DNA of 63,390 nucleotides, counting the filler, from Sphacelaria rigidula (Eukaryota): the NCBI GenBank assembly GCA_964200075.2. It is 9 parts of 9 records of this genome, joined end to end, with 100 filler letters (N's around TTAATTAATTAA, not from the genome) between each part and the next. Parts side by side here need not be neighbours in the genome. Positions count along the whole stretch, not along the records: positions 1 to 6,955 come from CAXNAA020017220.1; positions 7,056 to 14,010 come from CAXNAA020017221.1; 7 more parts are not named here. One strand, 5' to 3'. How positions within the stretch are numbered: the stretch's first letter is position 1; every line of letters begins with the position of its first letter. The notes under the pieces are model-generated. The model searched no databases. It had not been told where the DNA came from and was given only the letters and a program-made list of their open reading frames with translations. This document shows, in pieces, positions 1 through 12,793 of the stretch. The position numbers were made by a program, and so were the translations under genes.

Positions 1-3000
1 GCATCAGAGCCGGATAATGTTGAGCAACGCTATTGCGAACGTAAGTCTGACACATTGCATCGCTCGGTCCATTCTGGCGTCCGACACCCGTCGTACCCGA
101 AACCAAAAGCTTAAATTCGCGGAGATAATCCGCGAAGGGGACATCGGATGCGACGACAAAAGAACTCAGCCTCTGGATGACGCTGGCTTGATCACTTTTG
201 TCAAAGTAACCTATGAGACGCCTTTCCAAACCAGAGGGTAATTGCGGGCCTGTCTTCCCTTGGGAACGATCCGGATTCATCTCGGCGAGGAATCCGTCGA
301 GCACCTGCGTCGAAGAAGCAGCGAGGTCGGGAGAGCGGTGGCTGATCGATCGATGCATTGCTTTGAGCAAGGGAGTCTGCTAGCCCTCTACCCAGTCTGA
401 GTCTTCGAAACGTTGTGTGCCAGTCACATCCGCCATGTGAAGGATGTTACAAACAGTGCGGCGGATGGACGTGATGAGGGCAGAAGTAAACTGGCCCGAA
501 TTTTCGTTATCCGCGGAAGGCATGGTTTTTATGTGCCAAAGTGTTTTCACATCCATCTGAATATACTGTCTCTGTATTGCAGCTAGTCGGGCAGACTCAG
601 CTCTATCGGAAGCTGCTTTTTTGCTTAGCTTCCGAATGTTCTTTGTCAGCCGCGGCGGTTGCTAAAGCGCGGGCTGCAGTAGAAGACAAAGGGCGGTCAG
701 GTGTATCCGTATCGGACAAACCTAAAATGCGAGCCGAAACATCAGCCAACTTAGGAATTACTTGCCTGGGGGTCTCCGAGCCCGAGGCGGGAAGAGCTGC
801 ACCGGACCAGTTCCAGGCCGATGCGGATGAGCCGGGAGAGTTGCCTCCGGTGTGCTTGCTTTTCGGCTTGCGGGGCGGGCGGTTTGATCCGCAGCCGCCC
901 GAAGAGGATCCTCCACCGCCATGGCGGTGGCGTGAATTCCCGCCATTGTTATCATCGTCATCGCGATGGTGGTTCTTCTTGTGACCCCGGCAATTGGAGG
1001 TCGTGGTGGTCCACTCATCCTCATCTATGTCATCGTCGCGGAGAGGCGCGGCGGGATCAGAGCTAGAAGCGGCGCGTAGCGCCGCAAAAAGCTTGGTGAC
1101 ATTGTCGACGTACCGGTGGAGATTCGGACTATCGCCGATTGTCGCCTGGAGGACCAGTTGGCCCAAGGTGATCGCCGACACGCCGTCATCAGGGAAGAAG
1201 CCGCCCTGTTCCACGTAGCTGCCAGTAACGGCTAACATGCGTTGCGAGATGATGTTCCAAGCGTGGCGGGAACAGTGCAGGTGATTGTTCCGGTGAAAAG
1301 GGGCCCGTATAATCGGCCGCAGACCGAGAAAGCCATACTTGTTCGTGTGAAGCAAGTTGCAAGCGTGTGGTGAGGCTGGCTGTGACCGCCGAGCCAGGTG
1401 CATGAGGCGACGTGGGGGCGGCGGCGGTTGCTACAGAGGACGCCCTGTCGGACTTACGTGGTATCGCGTAGTCCGACCTGGTGGGCGTGGGCTGTCGAGG
1501 AGGTCGAGCTTCAAGCAAGTGGTCGGCGGAAGGCGGCGGGGAGGCTTGATGGTGAGTCACCCGCGCCATCGACGAATCAGCTTCTTGCGTAGTTCGCCGA
1601 ACATGCTCTTGTAGCTCGCGAACCCTCCTTTGTGCCGTCAAAGCTGCAGTCTCCCCTTTCTGCAATGCTCTATGCGCCGCCGTCTTGATGGCTTGGGCGA
1701 GTGAAGCCTGTCGCTGAAAATCCTTCAGCTTGGCAGCATGTTCCTCCAAAAGGAGGCGGGCGGCAGCCTCGTTAGCATTGCGTTGCTGGTCGAGTAGACT
1801 GCGAGTTAGCGCCGGGGCTTGGAGCCTGTGGTCTTGAGTGAGCCGTTCTTGTTCCGCGCGGGGACGCTCCTGGAACAATCGCAAGAGAAGCCCGGCATGG
1901 CAATGCTCGACGCCGAGCGGAGGAAGATCCTCCACCGAAGGTGCCGAGCGCACGGAGACGTCCCCGACAGGGTCAGTGGTGGGACCACTGTCCGCATCAG
2001 TGTCTTCTGAAAGCTGAGCGGCAGCAGGAGTTGGGGCCGTGGCTGCAGTGGCTGCTGCAGAAGGCGCAGTGACCACGGTAGTGGCGGCTGCGGCGGTTGT
2101 GGGAGCGGCGTTGGTGGTCTCCCTCGTAGGCTTAGCAGCAGCGGTAGTGCCCTTGGTGTCCATGGTTGCTGTTGCCAGTTGTCGTTCAAGATCTGTCAAC
2201 TTTGTTGCAGAGAACGAATAAGCGCAGCGTCGGAACGGGACGGTGGTTCGCGGTCAGTGCGTTGTCGTCGTCTGTACGATGAGGTGCGGTCGGATCATGC
2301 AGGTGAGGATTCCGGGGTTGGTGACATGTCCGAAAATATGTTTTGGATATCGTCAGCATGTACCATGTTATCATTGCGTACATAACGGTTGTGTGACAAA
2401 GGCCGAGCAGTAGAGATGCGCGAAGGTGCATGATCGGAGTTGTTCGAACGCGAGTTAACGCGCGAAGAACTTAATCTGGGCCGCAAGGCATCATCGTGAG
2501 CACGGCCATGGTTAGCATTCACCGGTCGCTTCGGAGCGCGAGATGAATTGGAAGTATGGCGTGAACTACCTTCATATTTGTGTCCATTAGCGATATTCTT
2601 CGGGCGTGTGGAAGTGCGCCATGAATTCAAGCTTTGCTGGGAGTGGCCCTTAGAACTGCTAGAACGGGAGACATGGTCATGACCAAGTCTCGGTGTGCGG
2701 CGCCGGTCAGAAGCATGAGTATGGCTCTGTTGCGACGTTGAGGAAGGGCTGGACTCATGTTCGTTGAATTTATCATGAGTGACGAACGGAGGACGCGATG
2801 TCGCCGAACGGGTCGCCAGACGTACGGGTTTGGGCGTGGCAGGTGCAAAATCATCATTGACTTGCACATGAGCAGACGCCGACTGAACTTGGAGCGTGAC
2901 GTGGCAAAAAGCCGTAAATGCCTCGATGAGAGCTGGCGCTGGCGATGGCGATGACGCCGAAGAGGTGCGATGCATAGTTTGCATGGCAGCATGCATGGCC

Positions 3001-3545
3001 GCAACTGCAGGTCCGACATTGGACTGCGCAGTAGGGCGCATGGGACTATCAAGAGTCGTGCGAAGGGGGCCCGTAACGGAAGCAGCCCGTGTGACAAATT
3101 ATCTTGCTCCAGAAGCGATGCGCTTCGTCGGGACAGAATCGTCTCGAGGGTTGTCAGCCGTCAAGCGACGGGGTGCCACGGTTGAAGCAGCCGTGGCAGG
3201 GCCGAGCTGGACACGTGTGTCCAGGGGCAACGACTCCACTGAGGGCACAATCCTAACTCCGGGTTCCACATAGGGATTCGGGGGAGCAGGGGGCAGCGAG
3301 GGGTGTGCGACGGAATCCACCGTTATGGGCTCACTGACGTGCGCGTCAGGAACCAATGACTCGGCCGGGTACACTACCATGTTCTCTGAGTCCGAGTCGG
3401 AACGTGAGAGAACAGGTCTCGGCGTCAAAGTCTGGTCTTCAAGTGTTGAAGAATGAGCTTCACTCGAATGTTGGTCTTCAGATCCCGAAGAACGAACAGC
3501 GCTCGCATACGTGCGGCGATGTGTTGAAGGTGGCGTGCCGCTCAT
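1..3545 (-). pseudogene. gag: Disrupted gag-like ORF of an LTR retrotransposon (probably Ty3/Gypsy), cut off by the contig start
   Basis: Minus-strand ORFs 3099-3719, 2295-3041, 1189-2199 and 603-1403, plus my own translation of 523->1, chain into one reading path through single stops and frameshifts. The part nearest base 1 reads ...LERRLIGYFDKSDQASVIQRLSSFVVASDVPFADYLREFKLLVS..., which resembles the retrotransposon Gag capsid helix pattern. No pol is present in the contig. Confidence 0.65.
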
Positions 3546-3720
3546 CTTGAAAGATTTTGAACCACCATTAGTTTGACTCCAGGTCCGGCGAAGCGGTTGG
3601 GTTCCCAATTGAGGGGAAGGGCCAGCGTTATTTTTGTGCGAGATGATGAGCGTACGCTTTTCTTTTTCTTTTTGCTTAACAAGTAAGGTGCAGTATGTCT
3701 GGTCTGAGGCTCTAATCAAA

Positions 3721-3900
3721 GGAGCGTGACACCAGGTGATGCTACGTGCAGAAGCCGAAGCTTGATCCAGAAAATACTGGATAATAAAGCCTAATAGCGC
3801 CTGAGGGGACCGCAGGACCTGATTTACTTGAGTAATTTATTCAAGCGAATTGCGGTTTGTAACAACTGTGTCTGGGTCTGATTAATACAACTTTATTCAA
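3721..3900 (-). mobile_element. Candidate primer-binding site and 3' end of the 5' LTR
   Basis: The minus strand reads ...GCATCA|cc|TGGTGTCACGCTCC: a CA end at 3737, then TGG at 3734, about 190 bp upstream of the gag ATG. Two AATAAA motifs lie upstream on the minus strand (~3840, ~3895). No second LTR is available to confirm the boundary. Confidence 0.45.
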
Positions 3901-6342
3901 GTTGTGGCGGTAATAGCTAGCACGGGATTGTACACAGAACAGGCGTATGTCGCCGAAGACAAGCGAAGACCCGAGTGTCTGTAGCAGCGTTGGTACGTGG
4001 AAGAACATCTTACACGTGTTCCGGATGTAGCGTCACGGGTAAACTATATCTGTATGATCCCAGCACAAGTTGAGGAACGACTGGCGGTGTGCAAATGAAA
4101 AGAACCAGAGTTATAGATATATTTTCTCAGATGCGCCCGAAAACTGTGCAGCGTAAGGCAGCACAAAAGCTTTTACAAAGCTTCGGTTGTAGACCGCGAA
4201 CTCGGACTGCGTAGTGCAGAGCGAAGGCTTGTTATTCAACGAAGTTGAGACAACGTATGTATGTGGAACAGAGGTGATGTGATGCACAATAGGGGCAACG
4301 CTGGGAGCGGGTGCCGAAACCTTCGTAGTGCACAGGCAAGGGGCACCGATTTCGAGTGCTGTCTGTTCAAATGAGCACGTAATGGAGGTTGAAATGTTTC
4401 AACTAGTAGTATTTCAACGCAACCGTCTTGGAACAATATAGTTGTTTGTTCGAGAAGTTTTCAAAGGAAAAAAACCTTACCGCACCTTATGCTGTGTATG
4501 CTACTTACCACGGTGATGTACCGCGTTGCCTTACGGCTGTGCAAAGTACACAAGAGGACAACAAGAACAAAGTAGCCACAAGCAACGAAGCTAAAGCTAC
4601 AACAACAACAACAAGGTCGCTCAAGCAACGAAGGTAAAGTGCCGGAACAATCCAAAGTTCGGTACAGACGTCCGTTATCACACTGTGTGAACACGATCTG
4701 TACTTACTGCAGTAATTTCGTGAAGGAAAGATACAACAGTCGCGTACAATCGATATCGAAAAATAAGAGCAGCAGCGTGCCAGCTTGGCGGGAGCTCAGG
4801 TCAGGAACAGTGGCTGGCTATGAAGAACAGTGTGCCTTTGTGCACTGGTGTTCCGTACAAACCTGTAGTAGAAGACTTATTCTGCAGAAGGAAAGGGGGT
4901 CACAAGGCCAAATAAACGAGCCAACGATGGCTTGGTGCGGAGGTCGCGTCGGGCTGTTGAATCAAGAAAAGATTCAAAAGTCGTGCAGGCGGGACTGATA
5001 TCGTGGGGCTTTGTGCAGGTGATGTCAAACAGACAGCACGGCAAGAACAGCAAGCAGTGCGCGTTGACCCCACGTTGACCACACAAGATGTGGCGTCGAA
5101 CGCTACAGCAATTGCAAGTAGCAGGGTATGAATACACTTCACCGAGGGACACACGGGGCAGAAGCTCGAGAGCTACTGACTACCTAGCGGTAGGTTTGAC
5201 TACAACTCCGAAGGGAAGAGGGCAAATGATCAAAAGGCTGGAGTACACAGCTGGCAGCCAGGGATACAAATCGGTACAAGAAAGAAACGCGATGGCCAAA
5301 GAAGAAGCTCCTGAGTTAAACGCCAATGTGATGAAGAGCAAGCGGCAGTATAATGCAAGGATACAGCTTGCAACCCAAGGCACAAGATTGGCAGGCAAGT
5401 GTACAACCGTCGGGCTGTTACAGCTTGTAGATGCCGTGTGACTTGCTCAGTATCCAAATATCAGACGAGGTTCACGCAATAGGTTCTTCACTTCTCTCTT
5501 AATTATCTTGATTCTAACTCCGATACCCCCTCAATCAATCCAACCCAGACCAGCCAATATCTCCCACCGATGGTTAGACTTCTTTTTGCTGGCTAGCAGA
5601 GGGGAGCAGTTGATAGTGGTTGGTGGGGGGGGGCTTTGATCGTGAAGCACGATCAAAGACAAAGCCATCCCTGTAATTATACAGGTTCACATTCGTATCC
5701 GACCAACTCTGAACAGACCTGTAGTCTTGTCTACCGGGGTTCCTTATCTACCGGGATTCCCAATATTACCGAAAGCCAGACTTCGACAACGAAACCAAGA
5801 CTTCGACAACGAAACCCAGCCTTCGACAATAGGTCTGAAGCGGCATGGCAACAGGTTAGTATGCATCTTCATGACACTGCTTTGTTGTTGCCCACGAAGG
5901 AGGGGGAATTAATATTTTTTGCCTTTTCAGTTGCTGTTTCTGAACCCTGTTCTGTACGATGGGCGTTTCTGCGGTGCAATAGTACTGGACTCATGGTTGC
6001 GAACAACCGTGTGTGTCCGTCGCAAGTATTTGTGTCCCCGGGTATCGTGTTCCTCTTCGTTGCTGTGGGTGGAAAACGTAAATGAGTGTCTTCGCATCTG
6101 TTCTTCGACGGTGGGGGTAGTCTTTTGCCCGTTCTACCGTATCGGTACAATTGTCAAAACATCATTACGCCTCTTCTTCATACCCTGCCCCCAGGACACG
6201 GGTCTCCACATGCACACAGCGCAATATACTGCACTTGAAGCAATGATCTGTTCCGTCACCTAATGCGAGCAACGATGACCGGTCCTCACGTACCTTGGCT
6301 ATCGATCTCATTGAGCGTGGCGGCGGAAGCCGCCGAACGCCT

Positions 6343-6373
<31 letters not shown>

Positions 6374-6955
6374 GCTCAAGGCCATGAGGGGCAAGAGGCG
6401 CCTCGACCCATCAAAGGCCTTGAAATTGTTTTGAAATTGAAAATACGAGTTCCTAACCCAGTGTTCACCCAATGTTCACATGCTTCAAATCGTACAGTAG
6501 TTTTGAGCTGAGGTAGGGGATTTTCGTAATTTTTTTCGTAGTCGGTGATTTTCTGTTGGGTTTTCTCGTGCCACCGCTCACCCCACTGAACGTTTGATAC
6601 CCAAGGTTGAGGAATCGGGAGATGATAGGTATCCACTCCACACTCCGAAATATAATCATCTCTGCACTCAATAGAATGAACGAGTTGTTATGGGCCGACC
6701 GATTTTCGGGGGTCCTGCGACTATCCAGCCCCAGGTTCTGACCCTTGGGAATTTCCGCTCGATTGAAGCAATCCTGACCACTCTAGTGAACAAATTAAAA
6801 GGAATGCCTTTTGGAATTTCTACGTTTTCATTTCGCTAGTGCCGAAAAAACGTGTCTTTGGACCCGTTAACGTCTACAGCACCCCCGGCCGCCACCAACA
6901 CCCCGAGACAACACGGCGGCAACGGCCGCCCGGCCCGCCCACAGACAACCGGTGC

Positions 6956-7055
6956 NNNNNNNNNNNNNNNNNNNNNNNNNNNNNNNNNNNNNNNNNNNNT
7001 TAATTAATTAANNNNNNNNNNNNNNNNNNNNNNNNNNNNNNNNNNNNNNNNNNNN
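6956..7055. other. Artificial contig linker (N44-TTAATTAATTAA-N44). The same linker occurs at 14011-14110, 21066-21165, 28121-28220, 35175-35274, 42229-42328, 49283-49382 and 56337-56436
   Basis: Eight identical 100-bp linkers carry a six-frame stop spacer. They separate segments of 6955, 6955, 6955, 6955, 6954, 6954, 6954, 6954 and 6954 bp, which is what length-sorted concatenated contigs would give. Confidence 0.98.
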
Positions 7056-10024
7056 CTAAACATCTGATACCTCAGTCATAGGGTCAACTCAGTCTAGGCA
7101 CCCTCCAATAATACAAAAGATAAAACTATCTATCCTTCGCCACGGGCCACGGAATAACGATCACCCATGTATTGAAAGTCGTGAAGTAAAGTCAAAGTAC
7201 ATGATTGGGTCTGATTTCTCGAAAATCGGAGCAGACATCACATAGCCCCGAAATTCTCAAGCATGTATGACTCGCCCATACCCTTTGGAGCTATCCACCA
7301 AGGGTAAAACTATCAATCAGGGGAAACCACGTTGAAGTAACATTCAATTTCCATGACAATAACACACATTTAACGCATTAATGATCCGCTCCCCCCCTGA
7401 CCGGGGTAGGGTAAATACCCCATGTTGATTCAAGCTTCGCAATTTCCGTTCACGACGAATCGGTTCATACAGTGTTATTCCTTTTCACTATTATGGAGGC
7501 GGTATTTTCGGAGGTAAGGGGCCGAAAGGCCGCACACCTGGCGCCTGATGATGCTGTAACCTGGCGTGTGTGTGGCTTGAAGCCGCACGTTCATGTCGGC
7601 GCAGTAGTTGCGGCGATCCAAGGCGTTGTCAGCGCAGTGTGGCTTGAAACGATGACTTTGCACGATGCTAAACTGGTTCCGAAAATTGGAACACTTTCTA
7701 ATGACGGTTATGAGGGTAACGCTATGAAATCCATGCGGATCCAGGGGTACATGCTGTTAGGCTATTATTGTTGCGTTGGCCCCCTGTCACTCTAGACTCA
7801 CACCACGACGGAAAATAATCAATAATAAAGATTCTCCATATGTTACAGGCATATGCCGTCGACGTTTAGGTGCCGTTGCGGGCAATAGGCGGCCGCGCAG
7901 AGTACCCAAACGAGACAGTGTGCACGGACAGGGAGCGCTGCGAACCCGCTCGGGCAGCGGGCAACATGTATCCCCTTACAGTGCCAGACTGTGCTGGCGA
8001 ATTATTTCAGCGGGGTGAGAATGATAGGGGAGGTTGCTGCACTCCTCTTCTACGACAATCAACCGGTTATTCTACGTCAGGGTGCTTCCACGTGAAGAAA
8101 TTGACTTTCCCCTCACAGGTTCGGCATCGGCGTTTTGCGAACCTCACCTCATTTTCATTAGCTTTTAGTATACAATTTCCGCTACCTCGACAGGCATGTG
8201 TCAACAAAGGTTTACTGCACACAGTATCGCATGTGTGAAGTATCTCGACAACATTTTGGATACTGTTCGCAGCATATTTCTTCAGGTCAAATTCCACCGG
8301 GGGGGCGTACTGCGGGATACGGTGGTGATAAACAGGCAGCGTGGGTACTGTGTGAAGCAGACCTGGCGCCAGTTTTGTACACCCCTACTCCCCATATAGT
8401 CACTGCATCACCATGGGCGTCCGTTCCGCGGTGAAAGTTCTTGTCACCGATATCTATCGCTCAGACCTTGCGTTAAGTGTTCAAGCCCATTTCGGCATTA
8501 ATTTCAGGCAACGGCGGCGCACGAGTATCGTGACCGCTTTATCTCGTCGCGCTTGGATACGGAGGGAAATAATACCGTTAATATGATGTAAAAACAAATC
8601 CAGCCGAGGTGCAGGCGCCACTTGCGTGGCCACTTCGGGATCGTCTTCCATTGCAGCATAAACACCCCGGCACGAGTGTACGGCTGCGAAGGCGGGGGGG
8701 AAACTTCACCTCTCTTCTTGTCATGTCCCCTTAATGCTCGGAACCCCATACTTGTGGCGATCAGTAATTTGAACACTGTTTGTCGACTAGTTTGCACTTG
8801 CACTATCTGTTCAACACGGGCCATGTGTTTTTGTCGTTGTTGTTTTTGTCGATGTCCACCTGTGCCGAAATCTGCGCACTACTGTGCAGTGGGCATCCGA
8901 TGCAGACGCCTTCCGTCGCCACAGACGAAGCACCTCGTATCAGCATCAAATGCAAGGAAAATATAGCACCAGACCCAGAAACATGCAATATGCACTCAGA
9001 TGCGAGAGAGCAACAGCAAGAAGTCGGGGGGGAGAGAGTGACAAGGGGGCAAAGATGGGATGGCCTACTCGTACGTGATTGATAGCAAGCCGTGCACACA
9101 GCACGAGCATACACACTGCAAAGTGCGATGGAGGTATTTCGTACGCCGCTATCCCTCGCGCCTGCCTCACAACCGCTCCGCGCAGTCGAAATGGACCGAA
9201 ATAACTGTATGCATCGCGCCATTCGGTGACCGATTCAGACTATAATAAGCTTTCCCGTACAGCACCGCGCGAACAAACTTCATGACGGCGCTGTGCCTCG
9301 GCGCCATTCCGCAACACCGAAACTATCGCTGCTACCGCCCCCCCTGCCACACAACCGCCAGCGTACCGTGCGGCCCGCACCTTCGGGCCCATTGACACCA
9401 ACTACCCTTCTCTATCGCCGCAATTGCAACCACTATACCATCCAACAATCAACCGCGCTTCACATTTGACGGTGGGATGGTGATACATCCTGCACAACCG
9501 TGAAGAGCACTCGCCACTGGGTCTCAGCCATGAAATTCGTGCGACATCACTGGGGCACCGGCACTGCCGCAGCATTCGTCTATCGCCCCCGCCCTAAGAC
9601 TGCACTTCCTCCCCTGAACCGACACGGCCTACCACCCTGCGGCGTCCCTCGTCCCATGGCCAAGGAGTCACACGTTGCAAATGCCCGACATGGATACCTG
9701 CACCAGTACTGCAAAAAAGCGCGCACGGGAGTGCGGTGGCGTGATCACTCCCGGTTATTATTCCAGCATTAAGTAGTCATGCCAGGCCTCGCGTGAACTG
9801 CTATAGAATTGTTCTGCAACATGTTTAAGTCTTGGGAGAGTTCCCATGAGTTCCACGAGTGCCTGCCCTCTTCGCGGTGCACGTTTCATCCCAATTTAGG
9901 GTCGCGGGAGTTACCGTGAATCCGGTGCGCTATCTGATGTGAAAATCATCACTGCGGGCAATATCGAACGCCTCCCGGGCTTCATCGACAGGAGGGGTGG
10001 GCGGGGGGTGGGGGGGTGGGGGAG

Positions 10025-11150
10025 ATGTGTACCCATGATCATGCATGCCGTCGTCATGAGACCACTGGACTCGCATCCCTACGAAGCGGGGACGGGGCAC
10101 ATCGTGTTTTCGCCGGGCCAGGATCGCACGCAATCACCAAGCGCGAAGCACCGTGGTGTGTTAGTCGAGTCGCATGAAGGGTGAGCTACATCCTGGTAAG
10201 GTTGCTGGATCCGAATCCTACTGACTATATTGCATTTCAATGACAGTTTTCGATGACTTGCTATATTTTCTGGTATCGCCACTTCCAGAGACAGCCACGA
10301 CTCATATTCTGCGTCACGGGTGTTTCACCATCAACAGCATTGGGCGGTCTAACTATTCAGGAGTGTTTTGGGGTTTTCCTGGCGTGGTACTCTTCGATAA
10401 AATTCGAAATTGCTAGCGTCGGTAATTTTTGGTACAACACAACAGATTATCCTCGACACACAGTGCCCAAGTCCCTGTATGTTGGTGTTATCGGGCGAAA
10501 CGAGTGAATGCCCCGTTCACCAGGAGGGTGTTATCGACCGTGAAGCACAGTATTCCCCTAGTGCAATAAGAAGTCAGAATTTCGAAAAAATGGAACTGTG
10601 CGTATCTTTACAAATATGATCAGGACGGGCTCGATTGACCGAAAATACAAAAAAGTGAGAATCTCGGCTGAAACGTGGCGGGACCCCCGATGACCGGTCA
10701 GCCCGTAAGTTACTCAATATTGAGTACATATGATTTTTTCTTCTTGGAATATGGAGCGGATACACATATCTTCAGATTCCTGATGTGATGGGCGGTGGCA
10801 AGCAAAAAGAGCCCAAGAAAATCGCCAATTACGAAAAAGTCACAAGATGCCAAAGTATCAATAGTGAGACCGCCCACTACTGAAAACATCACGTAGGACG
10901 ATCATCCCCACTGTGCGGAGTTAAGGTTCTCCCACGCCGCACAACATGATGCAGCTCGACTACCATCATGGTAACCGCAAAAACAAAATGCCAGGGCGCC
11001 AAAAAACACGGTAACCTGGTGGCCTAGCTTACACAGTCCGTGGCGTGTTTTAGATCATCATCGCCAACCGACGCCAACCCCGTCGTGGGTCCGCCCCGAC
11101 GAAGCCGGGACGGCGCACGCCGGGTTATCGTCGCACCAGGCTGCTAATGA
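10025..11150 (+). repeat. Long copy of the G-run-bounded dispersed repeat (family A), interrupted by a MITE
   Basis: Aligns by eye with 26580-27080 and, inverted, with 33268-33762. It starts G-run+GTACCCATGATCATGCATGCC and ends CCAACCGACGCC...ACCAGGCT+G-run. Confidence 0.85.
10335..10882. mobile_element. MITE with CAG..CTG termini (hAT-like), nested in the family A repeat
   Basis: The left end CAGCATTGGGCGGTCTAACTATT matches the reverse complement of the right end, CAGTAGTGGGCGGTCTCACTATT. The host repeat is contiguous at this point in the 26.9 kb copy. No clean TSD is visible. Confidence 0.8.
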
Positions 11151-12793
11151 GGGGGGGGGGGGGCATCGAGCTTTTGATGCTAAAAGCACGTTTGTTTGTG
11201 GCGGTTGCACATTAAAGGGGGAGCGGCGATAGATAAGGGGTGAGGAACCATTCCCGAAATCAACATTGATGGGTGTGCGCGCCCCTCACCGCACGGTCAG
11301 GGCGCACTGCGGCACCTGTGTTCGAATGTTGGCTGGTCACACCACGACGTTGAACACCGCCTACGTTTATGTCATTTTCAAAGTGACTTGTACGCTTCCG
11401 GGATTTCAGCCCTTGAACGGTGCGGCTCTCTCTTCCCGCCGCTCACCGAACACTTCATCACGCTTCGCACTTCGCAATTACTTGACTACACGGTCCAGCC
11501 AACACCCGAGATATTCTGCCCTGGCTTGGCGGCGATCCAAGGTCTACTATGTAACGACGACAGCATTACAGGAAGTGGGTACACCCTCTGAAAAAGCAGA
11601 GGTCGCTTCGGCAGGGTTAGCGAGTTTTGTCCCTCACGTCATGGTCGTCGTTAGCGATTTCCATTCTGCTTCTATTCGTTTGAACCGCTACCCCCGCCCC
11701 CCCCTCCCTTCTTTGACTGTTCACTTCCGCGGGACCCACTCAGCTGCTTAGAGCTGCCATGCAGCGATGAACGCGGCGGAAACTATCGACCCTCTGTGCG
11801 TTCGTGCCGCTATACTCTCTCGTATTTACTGCCCAAGCTTTTTTTATATATATGTTCCGGAGTCAGTGAATGCATTGTGCCATTCCAACGTATTGCGAGA
11901 AATGTCGGGACGTGATACGACAAGTCGGGGTGAATGTGTGACCGGTGTTACGACTCACGCCCGTGATTCGTGTAAAACAAAAGTGTGGTCATTACGACCA
12001 CACAATTCTAATATAATGCAAAATAACTCAGTCTTCATGTACACCCGGTGGTCCTACGGTCCACATATATACCATGAGTAAGGATGTGTGGAGGACAGAA
12101 TCCTCTAAAACTTCCTCGCCGGTGATAACGGCGCGGCGTCTTGTTTATCGGGGGATGTTCTACGCCGTATGTTCCCCACCATATATATATGTATATATAT
12201 ATATATATATATTAATTCCATTCTACCGCAGCGTATATTCTGCAAAACGCAGACTCCACTGTATGCTCACCACCACGGAACATACCTTCGCAAGTTCGGT
12301 GCTCGGATCCACTCAAAACTCCCCGGGCTCCGGTAGGCTGTCTGCACCCAACTCCTCCTCGCTGTCCGCCGTGCTATTATCTGGTAATACCGACAATATC
12401 GTGAGTAGATGGGGATCAGAGATCGGGTGGCGATGAAGCCCACCTGAGTGATCATCGATGGTATCGTTCCACGTCCCTCTCATTAACACTACAGTCGCGC
12501 CGGGAAAAGGTATGAGGCCGACGGGAAGCGTGCGTGAAGTCTCCTTGGATATCGGGCGACACGGCCGCTCACAAACGGCAGCACCACCCGAGCTATTTGA
12601 CAATAACACGCCGAACAACCATCACAGTAGGCCTAAATTAGAAGTCCGCCTCGCCCCCGCCGCCAATACCACGCTCGGCTTGCACTTAACCGACACCGCA
12701 ATATATGACGAGGGGAAAATCCGTGACAATCGCTCGTGTTTCACATCCGCATCGCTGAACCCCTCCCCCTCCCCCTCTCCCAACCTAACCTAC

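Noticed and set aside
4600..5830. Faint degenerate repeats and a triple 20-bp repeat (5777-5830) upstream of the LTR boundary
   Set aside because: I could not define units or boundaries by eye. They are probably LTR/U3 or TE-internal repeats.
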